Source: Acidimicrobiales bacterium (GTDB taxonomy: Bacteria > Actinomycetota > Acidimicrobiia > Acidimicrobiales > Aldehydirespiratoraceae). From it: a stretch of 64,000 bases of DNA. Position 1 is the stretch's first letter; each line of letters begins with the position of its first letter. Below the pieces are notes generated by a model that ran no database searches, was not told the origin of the DNA, and saw nothing but the letters and a program-made list of their open reading frames with translations. Below are positions 54,963 through 63,402 of this stretch, piece after piece. Location of the stretch: assembly GCA_965214945.1 (NCBI GenBank), contig OZ244029.1, forward strand, positions 125,256-189,255, given 5' to 3'. The translations under genes were made by a program, and so were the position numbers.

Positions 54963-55916
54963 GTGAGTCACCATCTGGTAGTCCCAGCGCGGCGCCGGCT
55001 ACACCGCAGCCAGCTGGCCGTGCCCGGCTCTCGTCCCGCTCTATTTGAGAAGGCGGCCTCGAGCCGCGCCGACTACGTCTTTTTGGATCTCGAGGACGCG
55101 GTGGCGCCTAACGACAAGGAAGCGGCCCGCCGCAACGTGATCGAGGCGCTGGGCGATATCGACTGGCGCGGTGCCGGCAAGACGATCTCAGTGAGGATTA
55201 ACGGGCTTGACACTCATTACATGTACCGGGACGTGATTGAAGTGGTGGAGCGGGCCGGAGCGCATCTCGACACGATCCTGATCCCTAAGGCGGGCGTGCC
55301 CGGCGATGTGTACATGGTGGACGCCCTCATCACTCAGATTGAGCAGGGCATGGGGCTCACACACCGTATCGGCGTGGAGGCCCTCGTGGAGACCGCCTTG
55401 GGAATGGCCAACGTCGAGGCGGTGGCCGCGTCGAGCCAGCGTCTGGAGGCTCTGCATTTTGGCGTAGCCGACTACGCCGCGTCGTGTCGGGCTCGGACAA
55501 TCGTCATCGGCGGGCTGAACCCGAATTATCCGGGCGATCAGTGGCATTCGGCGCTTTCGCGGATGCTGGTGGCCTGCCGTGCCAACGGGCTGCGCGCCAT
55601 CGACGGCCCCTACGGGGACTTCAGCGACCCTGACGGGTTCACAGCCGGGGCGCAGCGGGCCGCGGCTCTCGGGTATGAGGGCAAGTGGGCCATCCACCCG
55701 TCGCAGATCGACTTGGCCAACGAGGTGTTCACGCCGCCCGCGGCAGAGGTCGACCAGGCCCGCCGGGTGCTCGAAGCGCTGGAGGAAGCGACCGCGGCGG
55801 GACGAGGCGCGGCACAACTCGACGGGCGGATGATCGACGCTGCATCGGCGCGTATGGCGCAGAACGTGGTCGAGACAGCCGAAGCCATCGCCGCTGCCGA
55901 CCTGAGCCGCGCCTGA
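54963..55916 (+). CDS. mcl: L-malyl-CoA/beta-methylmalyl-CoA lyase (HpcH/HpaI-CitE family)
   Basis: Matches the Mcl sequences I remember closely: LHRSQLAVPGS, FLDLEDAVAP, INGLDTHYMYRDV, FGVADYAAS, GKWAIHPSQIDLANEVFTP. GTG 54963 gives an N-terminus of homologue-like length. An alternative ATG start is at 54915. Confidence 0.85.
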   Translation: MSHHLVVPARRRLHRSQLAVPGSRPALFEKAASSRADYVFLDLEDAVAPNDKEAARRNVIEALGDIDWRGAGKTISVRINGLDTHYMYRDVIEVVERAGAHLDTILIPKAGVPGDVYMVDALITQIEQGMGLTHRIGVEALVETALGMANVEAVAASSQRLEALHFGVADYAASCRARTIVIGGLNPNYPGDQWHSALSRMLVACRANGLRAIDGPYGDFSDPDGFTAGAQRAAALGYEGKWAIHPSQIDLANEVFTPPAAEVDQARRVLEALEEATAAGRGAAQLDGRMIDAASARMAQNVVETAEAIAAADLSRA

Positions 55917-56051
55917 CACCTCAAGACCCGGCACACGAAACAACCGGCGCGCGCCACGTGGACAAATGAGCTTGGTGCTCGACCCTTCGAAGTGCAGAGA
56001 CCGGCACCGTCGTCCGGAAGGTGATGTGCCGCTGGCCAGCTGCAGGTGGCG

Positions 56052-58505
56052 TCAGATGAGGCCGCGGACGCGCTTCTTCTCGGGGTCGTAAAACGGGAAG
56101 CGCACCACCGTGGCCGGGATGCGCTTCTGGTGGCCGTCGAGCTTGCCCACCTCCACGGCCGTGCCGATCCCGGCGTGCTCCACTGCCATCCGGCATAGCG
56201 CGATGTTGGAGCGCAGCACCGGCGAGATCGTGCCGCTGGTGACTACTCCCACCTGAAGGCGCCCGTCGTACACGCCGTCGCCGTGAGCGGCAGGCTCGTT
56301 TCCGGCCAGGCTCAAGCCCACCAGCCGTCGCTGCGGGTTGTCACGCCTGCGGGTCAGGGCATCACGCCCTATGTAATCGTCTGATTTGGTCTTGAGCGCC
56401 ACAGTGAACCCGATCCCGGCCTCATAAGGGTCGGTCTGGTCGCAGAACTCGTGGCCAGCGAATACCAGTCCCGCCTCAATGCGCAGCATGTCCAACGCGG
56501 TCAGGCCCATCGGCGCAATGCTGTGACCGGCCCCCGCCTCAAAGACGGCGTCCCACACCTCAGGGGCGTCTTTGGGGTGGCAGAACACCTCATAGCCGAG
56601 TTCACCGGTGTAGCCGGTGCGCGACACCACAAGTGCGGTCCCGGAAGGACCGCCGAGCCGGGCGATCGCGAAGCGGAACCAGCCCATCTCGGCCATAGTC
56701 GGCTGATCCGGGCGTGTCCAGACGATCTGCTCGAGAACGTTGCGGCTGCTGGGTCCTTGCACCTGCAGGTTGTGAAGATGGTCGGTTGAGCATCGCACCC
56801 AGGCTCGCAGCCCCAAGGCCTGCGCCTGCTCGCGCAGCCAGAGGCCACTGTGGTCGCTGCCACCTATCCAGCGGAAGTTCTGCGGCCCCAGACGGAACAC
56901 GGTGCCGTCGTCAATCATCCCGCCGGTCGAGTGGCACATCGCCGTGTACACCACCTGACCGTCGGACAGCCGTCGGACGTTGCGGGTGACGCAGGTCTGC
57001 AGAAGCAGTTCGGCGTCGGGGCCGGTCACCTCGTACTTGCGCAGCGGTGAAAGGTCGATCACAGCGACCGCCTGCCGGCAGGCCCAATACTCGTCTATGG
57101 CGCCGTGGCCGCTGTAGGAGTTGGCCAGCCAGTAGCCGTTGTACTCGCCGAACCTGCGGGTCAGGCGGGAGGTTCGGGGGTGGAACCCGGTCTCCTTGGT
57201 GAGTTCTGCTGCTGAGTCTGCCGTCATGCGGAACGCCGTCGCTTTCTTGAACCGCCTGGCTGAGGGATAGACACGCACGGCGATGTCGGTGGGATTCCAG
57301 CCGTTCGCGGCGTCGATGTCGTCGGGGCAGGAAGTGGACACGCACACCAGGTCTTCGAGCGCCCGCAGAAGCACGTAGTCGCCGGGGCGCGACCACGGCT
57401 CGTCGAGAAAGATCTGGTTGGCGTCGTCCAACTGGGTGTTGTAGAAGAAGTTGATCGCCTCCCAACCCCGGCGTGCGGCGACGCCGTAGCGGGCCAGCTC
57501 GCCATTGATGTTGTCGGTGCAGTTGGCGTGCCCTGGGTAGCCCATCTCCTCGTAATAACGGGCTGAGCAGGCCGTGTTGAAGGTGTCGTGACGGCCCACA
57601 GTGTCTTGGACGACCTCGGCCAGCGGTTTCATCTCAGCGTTATAGAACTTCGAGTACAGGCCCGGCTCGGGATAGCTGGCCCCCATCAGCGAGCGAGTGA
57701 TGGTGGCGTCGAGACACAGATCTGCTCCGGCGTCGAGGTCGGAGCGGGCGAAGCACTGGAAGTCGGAGCACTCCCGACCCTCTACGTCGATGATCTGGAA
57801 CCACTCGCCTTTGGCCACCTCATACGCGGCAGCGGTGCATCGCTCGACGATGAACTCCTGGTTGGGGTCGGCCAAAGGTGGCGGCAGCAGGGCCGGATCG
57901 CCGGGCACGGGCGGCGTTCGACGGTGGACGTAAGCGATCAGGTCGGTCGGGGGGTCTTGAGCGTGCGCGCTCATCAGTGCTCCGGGCGCGGTGACCGCGC
58001 AGGTGACGTTGGCGTGGGCGACCATTCGGGCCGCGGTACCAGGCGGCGCGTCGGCGGCGAAGAGCCGCAGCGTCTTGGCGGAGCGCAGCGCCTGTCGGTC
58101 GATTCCGATGAGTTTGAGCCCGATCCGCACGCGGCGAGCGTCCACGAGTGGCGCCGACAAGATCCCCACGGCGGTCGACTCAGCTGGTCTGCCAGAATGC
58201 CGACCGCGGCCGATGCGACCGCGGTCGCTATTGATGCTGCGCTGGCGCTGGTCGCTGTCGTCAGTGTTGCCACAGGCGTCACCGACCGCTCCCAACAGGG
58301 CCGGATCCGATGTTCCGTCGGTCGCAAAGGCGACGATCTCACACTGTTGGCGTCCCTGGGGATCAACCACCTCGAGTTCATCACCAGCCTGGAGCGCCAG
58401 CACGACGGCACCACCGCCCGACACCCGGTAGCGCTCCACGCCGGGTCCGAGCATTGCCAGCCCCGGCAGCAGAAGGCGCGGCTGCTCAGAAGTGGGTGCC
58501 TTCAT
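56052..58505 (-). CDS. tdm: DUF1989 + GcvT (tetrahydrofolate-binding aminomethyltransferase) fusion, trimethylamine-N-oxide demethylase-like
   Basis: 817 aa. The N-terminal ~400 aa are DUF1989-like (GEWFQIIDVEGRECSDFQCF). The C-terminal ~400 aa are GcvT-like (AVIDLSPLRKYEVTGPDA...SRTGYTGELGYE...GDGVYDG). This is the architecture described for Tdm. Confidence 0.7.
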   Translation of the reverse strand: MKAPTSEQPRLLLPGLAMLGPGVERYRVSGGGAVVLALQAGDELEVVDPQGRQQCEIVAFATDGTSDPALLGAVGDACGNTDDSDQRQRSINSDRGRIGRGRHSGRPAESTAVGILSAPLVDARRVRIGLKLIGIDRQALRSAKTLRLFAADAPPGTAARMVAHANVTCAVTAPGALMSAHAQDPPTDLIAYVHRRTPPVPGDPALLPPPLADPNQEFIVERCTAAAYEVAKGEWFQIIDVEGRECSDFQCFARSDLDAGADLCLDATITRSLMGASYPEPGLYSKFYNAEMKPLAEVVQDTVGRHDTFNTACSARYYEEMGYPGHANCTDNINGELARYGVAARRGWEAINFFYNTQLDDANQIFLDEPWSRPGDYVLLRALEDLVCVSTSCPDDIDAANGWNPTDIAVRVYPSARRFKKATAFRMTADSAAELTKETGFHPRTSRLTRRFGEYNGYWLANSYSGHGAIDEYWACRQAVAVIDLSPLRKYEVTGPDAELLLQTCVTRNVRRLSDGQVVYTAMCHSTGGMIDDGTVFRLGPQNFRWIGGSDHSGLWLREQAQALGLRAWVRCSTDHLHNLQVQGPSSRNVLEQIVWTRPDQPTMAEMGWFRFAIARLGGPSGTALVVSRTGYTGELGYEVFCHPKDAPEVWDAVFEAGAGHSIAPMGLTALDMLRIEAGLVFAGHEFCDQTDPYEAGIGFTVALKTKSDDYIGRDALTRRRDNPQRRLVGLSLAGNEPAAHGDGVYDGRLQVGVVTSGTISPVLRSNIALCRMAVEHAGIGTAVEVGKLDGHQKRIPATVVRFPFYDPEKKRVRGLI

Positions 58506-58511
58506 AGCCCG

Positions 58512-58904
58512 TCAGCTCTTTTTGCCTTCGTCGACGCCTTCATCGACGCGCGGCGCGCGCACACCGGCGAACATATCCCAAATCAGCAGGATGGCGGCCG
58601 ACAGGGCCGCCAGAGCGCAGATCCAAAGGCCCCAGCCGATGTCGGCCGTGTCGCTGCCGGACAGATCGACGACGGCCCGGCCGCTCACTGCGACAACGAA
58701 GCCCGCGCCGATCCAGGCCGGGCGCCAGCGAATCTGCACGAGTGCAACCGTTGCTAGCGCGACGATGAAAGCTATCCGACCGGCGTTGGTTTCGGTGCCC
58801 GCCACTGAGGGGGAGCCGGCACCACCGGATTCCCAAGGAAAGAACACCCCTATCGCCGCGAGCAGCGCGCCCGCTTGTGCGGTGCGCCGCCTGGTGAACG
58901 TCAC
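58512..58904 (-). CDS. hypothetical membrane protein (4 TM)
   Basis: 130 aa, hydrophobic, ending 6 nt before the tdm start. Confidence 0.55.
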   Translation of the reverse strand: MTFTRRRTAQAGALLAAIGVFFPWESGGAGSPSVAGTETNAGRIAFIVALATVALVQIRWRPAWIGAGFVVAVSGRAVVDLSGSDTADIGWGLWICALAALSAAILLIWDMFAGVRAPRVDEGVDEGKKS

Positions 58905-59002
58905 GGCCGCAGGGCTTGTGAGTTATTAAAAGACAACGGCCAGCGCCGCGCTACCACGTGGGTGCGCGGCACCGGCCGCATCAATCGGGAATGAGCCAAG
59001 CG

Positions 59003-59134
59003 TCAGGCGCCGCCGACGGCTTGGATGCAGATGATGGTGAAGACGATGCAGACCAGACAGAAGATTACTACTGCCCGTTCCACGGACTTGTCGTGGCCCT
59101 GCTTGCCTTCAAACTCGATTTGCTTTCCTGCCAT
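59003..59134 (-). CDS. small membrane protein, 43 aa (below the ORF-track cutoff)
   Basis: Own translation: MAGKQIEFEGKQGHDKSVERAVVIFCLVCIVFTIICIQAVGGA. A strong SD (GGAGG) lies 5 nt upstream of the ATG, and there is a single TM helix. Confidence 0.55.
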   Translation of the reverse strand: MAGKQIEFEGKQGHDKSVERAVVIFCLVCIVFTIICIQAVGGA

Positions 59135-59150
59135 TTCAGCCTCCTAGATC

Positions 59151-59456
59151 TTATGAGTTGTACTTGGCGCTGAGGCGCTCGGCTGCCTCATTGAGGGTGG
59201 CGTCCTCGCGGGTGGTGACCAGCAGCGCTGACGCGATCGACATGGCGATGGCGAAGATCGACAGCCACACCGAGCCGAGGTTTCCGCCTGGCCCCCAGGT
59301 GTAATACCCGGTTGTGCCGTCTGCGGCCGCCAGCGCCGCCTCCCAACTGTCGTAAGGGAAGCTGCCGCTGAAGATGCCGCCGATCCCGGCGATCGTTAGC
59401 AGTATGGCGATCAGTCCGATAACCGCACCCATCAATGTGTTGAAGCCCTTTTTCAT
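59151..59456 (-). CDS. hypothetical membrane protein (2 TM)
   Basis: 101 aa starting MKKGFNTLMGAVIGLIAILLTIAGIGG, with a second TM helix VWLSIFAIAMSIASALLV. Confidence 0.6.
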   Translation of the reverse strand: MKKGFNTLMGAVIGLIAILLTIAGIGGIFSGSFPYDSWEAALAAADGTTGYYTWGPGGNLGSVWLSIFAIAMSIASALLVTTREDATLNEAAERLSAKYNS

Positions 59457-59462
59457 CTCGAT

Positions 59463-59603
59463 TCAGTTCCTTTCTCGTGTTTGACTACCCCAGCCTTGGG
59501 CTTTCCGTCGCGCCCGCTTGCGCTGCCCCCAGTATCCAGCGGCCGCAACCACCGAGTACATGAGAACCACAGCTAGCACAAACTGAAGCCATGAGCCGGA
59601 CAT
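59463..59603 (-). CDS. small membrane protein, 46 aa (below the ORF-track cutoff)
   Basis: Own translation: MSGSWLQFVLAVVLMYSVVAAAGYWGQRKRARRKAQGWGSQTRERN. It has one TM helix and a basic tail. The ATG lies 9 nt after the amt stop and the ORF ends 6 nt before the next gene. No clear SD is present. Confidence 0.4.
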   Translation of the reverse strand: MSGSWLQFVLAVVLMYSVVAAAGYWGQRKRARRKAQGWGSQTRERN

Positions 59604-59612
59604 CTGTCTGCG

Positions 59613-61001
59613 TTATCGGTGTAGGTCTGCGTAGGCGGACCGGAGCGTCGCCTCGCCGGATTCCTCAGTGCCGTCGGCGTGGACGATGGGCTCATCCGCG
59701 CGTCCAAACTCTGGGTAGAAGTCCGTCTGGAACTCGGCCATGTCGAGGCCCTCGATTTCCACCTCAGGCGGCACGCGCAGCAGGTTGAGCTTCTTGAGTA
59801 TCCACGAGGCGATGTAGCCCGTGAAGAACGCCAGCGGTACCAGCGTTGCGAGGCCCACAAGCTGACCGAGGAACGTCGTCTCCACGCTGTTCACGCCTGT
59901 GGGGAAGCCGACGGCGAAGATGCCGACCGCCATCACGCCCCAGAAGCCCATGACGCCGTGAACCGCCACCGCACCGACCGCGTCGTCGATGCGGGCCCTG
60001 CGCTCGATCCAGTTGCCGCAGTGGTAGGCGAGGCCTGCTGAGAAGAATGCAAGCAGCAGCACCAGCGACGGATTGTAGATATCGGCGCCAGCAGACACCG
60101 CCACCACGCCAGCGAGGCCTCCGGACAAGGTCCAGAACGGGTCGCCCTTGGCGAAGATGTAACCGCCCGCGAAGCCGCCCGCGAAGCCCATCGTGATAGT
60201 GAACGTGATGGCCGACAGAGTCGCCGGGCTGAAATAGATATTCGCCCAGCCGGGCACGGTGTCGGTGGTGATCGCGAGACAGGCCGCGTAGAACGCGTAG
60301 AAGGCAGTGAAGATGATCATCAGGCCCATCAGCGTGAGGTGCAGGTTGTGGGGCTTGAAAGCCCGTGCGCCTCCGTTCTTGTCGTATTTCCCGATTCTCG
60401 GCCCCAGGTTGAACAGAACACCCAACGCGAAGATGCCGGAGATGCCGTGCACCACGCCCGAAGCGGCGAAGTCGTGGTAACCGAAATGGGTTGTCAGCCA
60501 GCCGCCGTAGCTCCATCCCCAGGCCGCGGCCACGACCCAGACCAGACCGCCCATCAGGGCCGTCAGCCAGAGATAGGCCGAGATGCGGATGCGCTCTAGC
60601 ACCGAGCCCGACATGATCGACCCGGTCGTCCAGGAGAACAGGACGAACGCGGCCCAGAACACGCCGCTGATGTTGTCTCCTAGGTTCGGTCCCATCGAGC
60701 CGTCCCAAGGCACGCCGTAGCCGTCACCGCAGAAATAGGCGCCTTCACCGGCTTTGCCCGCTCCGTCGGATGAGACGGTGAACTTGAGTCCCTCTTCCAT
60801 GCAGAAGTAGACGTACCAGCCGAGGTAGTAGAACGTCGGCGTGACGACAGCGATCGTCATGATGTTCTTCATGGCCGTCGACATGATGTTCTTGCGGCGG
60901 CTAACGCCAGCTTCATAGGTCATAAAGCCCACATGCAGCAGCCACATGATCGCGACGGTGAAGAAGTAGTAAGCCTCGGTGAACACAGTGTCCACTGTCA
61001 T
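59613..61001 (-). CDS. amt: ammonium (Amt/MEP family) transporter
   Basis: 462 aa with about 11 TM, and the motifs DFAASGVVHGISG and AVHGVMGFWG. An SD (GGAGG) lies upstream. No glnK follows. Confidence 0.85.
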   Translation of the reverse strand: MTVDTVFTEAYYFFTVAIMWLLHVGFMTYEAGVSRRKNIMSTAMKNIMTIAVVTPTFYYLGWYVYFCMEEGLKFTVSSDGAGKAGEGAYFCGDGYGVPWDGSMGPNLGDNISGVFWAAFVLFSWTTGSIMSGSVLERIRISAYLWLTALMGGLVWVVAAAWGWSYGGWLTTHFGYHDFAASGVVHGISGIFALGVLFNLGPRIGKYDKNGGARAFKPHNLHLTLMGLMIIFTAFYAFYAACLAITTDTVPGWANIYFSPATLSAITFTITMGFAGGFAGGYIFAKGDPFWTLSGGLAGVVAVSAGADIYNPSLVLLLAFFSAGLAYHCGNWIERRARIDDAVGAVAVHGVMGFWGVMAVGIFAVGFPTGVNSVETTFLGQLVGLATLVPLAFFTGYIASWILKKLNLLRVPPEVEIEGLDMAEFQTDFYPEFGRADEPIVHADGTEESGEATLRSAYADLHR

Positions 61002-61129
61002 CGACTCACCTCCAATGCTTCTTGTCCGATTGTACTTAATCCGGCCCCTGTGGGCCGGACTTCGTTACAATAGCACACTGCCCGCGGCTACGCCAAGCAG
61101 AGCCTTGGAGGGCCTTGGCTCGGCCCGGC

Positions 61130-61513
61130 TTAGGGGACTTCGACCCTGACGTCGGTGACTTCGCCTGTCTGGGCGTTGATCGTCACGGCGGTGTGACGCA
61201 AGAAGTCGTCGCGGCCGCCGTCGGGGTCGCGGATGGTGAACACCACAATCCACGCGGTGGAAGTCATGCCCTGGCGCAGCAGTTTGGCGTCGGAGCGCTC
61301 GGGCACGAAATCGATCTCGGCTAGCGCTGTGGCAATGGCCTCGTCCTTGCCCACATCGGGTTGCCAGCAGCCGCGCAGCGGGCCCCAGATGGTGAGCAAC
61401 AGCACCACCCCGACCACGATGAGCAGCTTGGTGCGGCCAGGCATCGCCTTGAGGCGCTCTGTGAGGCCCCTTGGGCCGCCGGACGCCTCAGGCCGTGTGT
61501 CGGGGGCTGGCAC
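61130..61513 (-). CDS. hypothetical membrane-anchored protein (PepSY-like ectodomain?)
   Basis: 127 aa with TM helix LLIVVGVVLLLTIW and a small beta-rich domain ending INAQTGEVTDVRVEV. Confidence 0.45.
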   Translation of the reverse strand: MPAPDTRPEASGGPRGLTERLKAMPGRTKLLIVVGVVLLLTIWGPLRGCWQPDVGKDEAIATALAEIDFVPERSDAKLLRQGMTSTAWIVVFTIRDPDGGRDDFLRHTAVTINAQTGEVTDVRVEVP

Positions 61514-61522
61514 CTGGGCGGC

Positions 61523-61738
61523 CTAGGCGTCAGCCTTGCGGGGCGAGCGCACCAAGAAGCGCAGGATGATGTAGCCGGCTACATGCGAAAGGGTGAACAC
61601 GAAGAGCATCCACCACAGAGTGGCCTTGATGCTGTAGCGGCGTTCGCGGCACTCCCAGAACGTGAGCCCCACAGCGGCGAGCAGAAGCAACCACAGCAGG
61701 AGACTGTCTTGACGGCTGAAGAGGTATAGCAGGCCCAT
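61523..61738 (-). CDS. small membrane protein (2 TM)
   Basis: Start chosen at MGLLYLFSRQDSLLLWLLLLAAVGL. The ORF track extends it to 61798. Confidence 0.45.
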   Translation of the reverse strand: MGLLYLFSRQDSLLLWLLLLAAVGLTFWECRERRYSIKATLWWMLFVFTLSHVAGYIILRFLVRSPRKADA

Positions 61739-61799
61739 GGTCGTTGGTCCGTCGGTCGTCGTTATGAGCGAGTGTTGATGGGTGCGGCGGCCCCCCAAA

Positions 61800-61825
61800 C
61801 GCTACTCGCTCGCGCTACTCGCTCG
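61800..61825. repeat. 13-nt tandem duplication cgctactcgctcg x2; the second copy contains the regulator's stop codon
   Basis: Copies are at 61800-61812 and 61813-61825. The stop is cta at 61815-61817. Confidence 0.9.
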
Positions 61826-62582
61826 CAGGGTAGACCTTGATCGATATGAACCGCACCGGCAGATCGATCAGCTCCACGGGGCCATGGGCCACTTCACCGT
61901 GGATCTGCATGGTGTCACCGGCGTTGAGCCGGTAGTGTTTGCCGCCGTACCCGTAGTCGACAGACCCCTCGAGCATGTGGAGAAACTCCACACCGGGATG
62001 CTGGTATAGCGGGAACACGTCGCCGGGCTCGGTGATGGTGGCGATCATCGGTTCGATCACCCGGCTGGGACCGCGCAGCGTGCCCAGATCCTGGTAGAGC
62101 CGGCCGGGGCCGCCGCCCTGGTGGTGGATCTCGTGGCCTTCGCCGGCGCGCACGATCACCAGGTCGTGCTCCTCGTCGAGACCTCTGAACAGCGCCGTCA
62201 CCGGCACCTGCGCTGTGGCGGCCAGCCGCACCAGCGTGGACAGACTGGGCGCGCTCTGGCCGTGCTCGATCTTGGAGAGCATCCCCAGCGAGAGACCGGA
62301 ACTCTCCGCGAAGGCCGACATCGTCAGGCCCAACCCCTGCCGCAGGTCGCGCACCCTGGCCCCCACCACGCGGCACACTTCGGCAGTGTCGAGCGACGAG
62401 GTGAGATGCAGCGCATCAGGATCGCTGGCAGCGGGGCCTCGTCCGGCAGCGCCCCCGCGGGCGGCCTCGGAGCCCCTCTCGGGCGTGAGGCTCGCCGCCG
62501 ACGCTGGATTCACCATGTTGATCCTGCCAAGTCCATGCCGTGATTGTGCGCGGGCGGCTGATCGCGGGCTACCCGTCCACAC
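61815..62582 (-). CDS. XRE-family HTH transcriptional regulator with a C-terminal cupin domain
   Basis: LRQGLGLTMSAFAESSGLSLGMLSKIEHG (HTH_3) plus a cupin domain (YQHPGVEFLHMLEG...GDTMQIHGEVAHG). The start is uncertain. Confidence 0.8.
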   Translation of the reverse strand: MWTGSPRSAARAQSRHGLGRINMVNPASAASLTPERGSEAARGGAAGRGPAASDPDALHLTSSLDTAEVCRVVGARVRDLRQGLGLTMSAFAESSGLSLGMLSKIEHGQSAPSLSTLVRLAATAQVPVTALFRGLDEEHDLVIVRAGEGHEIHHQGGGPGRLYQDLGTLRGPSRVIEPMIATITEPGDVFPLYQHPGVEFLHMLEGSVDYGYGGKHYRLNAGDTMQIHGEVAHGPVELIDLPVRFISIKVYPASE

Positions 62583-62650
62583 GACCTGGCGCCTGCTGAA
62601 GCGACCGGGCCTGCCCTCACCGTGCGATCTAGCATCGCGGCATCCTGATC

Positions 62651-63304
62651 TTGTTCCGGCACGCTCGCACTTCTAACAATGCCCAGGCCCGGTTGCAGGG
62701 CCAGTTTGACTCGCCGCTCGACAAAGTGGGGCTCCGGCAGGCTGCCGTTGCGGGCAGGGCCCTGCTGGACCGCTGGCCGGTCGACCGAGTGGTGTCGTCC
62801 TCGCTTCAGCGGACGCGCCAGACCGCTGCCGCAGCCAGACTAGGCGAACTGCCCACCGCCATTGACGACCGCTGGATGGAGATCGACTTCGGCGCCTACG
62901 ACGACCACAGCATCGGTGAGGTGATGGCGGAGCTCGGCGCGGCATGGGCAGCCGACTCGGAGTACGTCCCTCCCGGTGGCGAGTCGATGGGTGATCTGCA
63001 TCGTCGTGTAGGTGCCGCCCTGGACGAGCTCGCCGAACCCGCCCGCACCGAGAACGTGGTGGTGGTGACCCACGCCACCCCGATCAAGTCCGCGGTGACG
63101 TGGCTGCTGGGCGGGACCGCGGAGATGATCATGCGCCTGCGGGTCAACCTGGCATCGGTGACGGCTTTTGGCGACACCCCTTACGGCTGGGTGCTGACCG
63201 AGTTCAACTGGACCCCGGCTCGGCGCGTCGGCAGTCCGCGGGGCAATCCGGTCACCGCCTTGGAGCAAGCCCGTACTGCCGCTCCTCTATCAGGCCGGCT
63301 ATGA
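62651..63304 (+). CDS. histidine phosphatase family protein (phosphoglycerate mutase/CobC-like)
   Basis: FRHARTSNN (RHG-type motif) and VVVTHATPIK. The only in-frame starts after the upstream TAG are TTG 62651 or rarer codons. Confidence 0.7.
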   Translation: MFRHARTSNNAQARLQGQFDSPLDKVGLRQAAVAGRALLDRWPVDRVVSSSLQRTRQTAAAARLGELPTAIDDRWMEIDFGAYDDHSIGEVMAELGAAWAADSEYVPPGGESMGDLHRRVGAALDELAEPARTENVVVVTHATPIKSAVTWLLGGTAEMIMRLRVNLASVTAFGDTPYGWVLTEFNWTPARRVGSPRGNPVTALEQARTAAPLSGRL

Positions 63305-63402
63305 AGGCCACGAGCATCTCTGGGAGGCTTGGGTGCCGGTCGGCCGGCGCGGATGGCCCGCCGATCAGGCCCTTGTGTCGCTGTTGTTGGCCAGCGATCT
63401 GT

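Noticed and set aside
57588-58757. 389-aa plus-strand ORF
   Set aside because: It is antisense to the Tdm-like gene and the 130-aa membrane protein gene, and its peptide is low-complexity.
61002-61129. Looked for a GlnR box (gTnAc-n6-GaAAc) and a terminator in the amt upstream region
   Set aside because: Only loose half-site matches are present (GTAAC..., GTACaatcgGAC). The hairpin tccggccc-ctgt-gggccgga (61040-61059) has no U-tract on either strand. A TACAAT -10-like hexamer exists, but a single hexamer does not establish a promoter.
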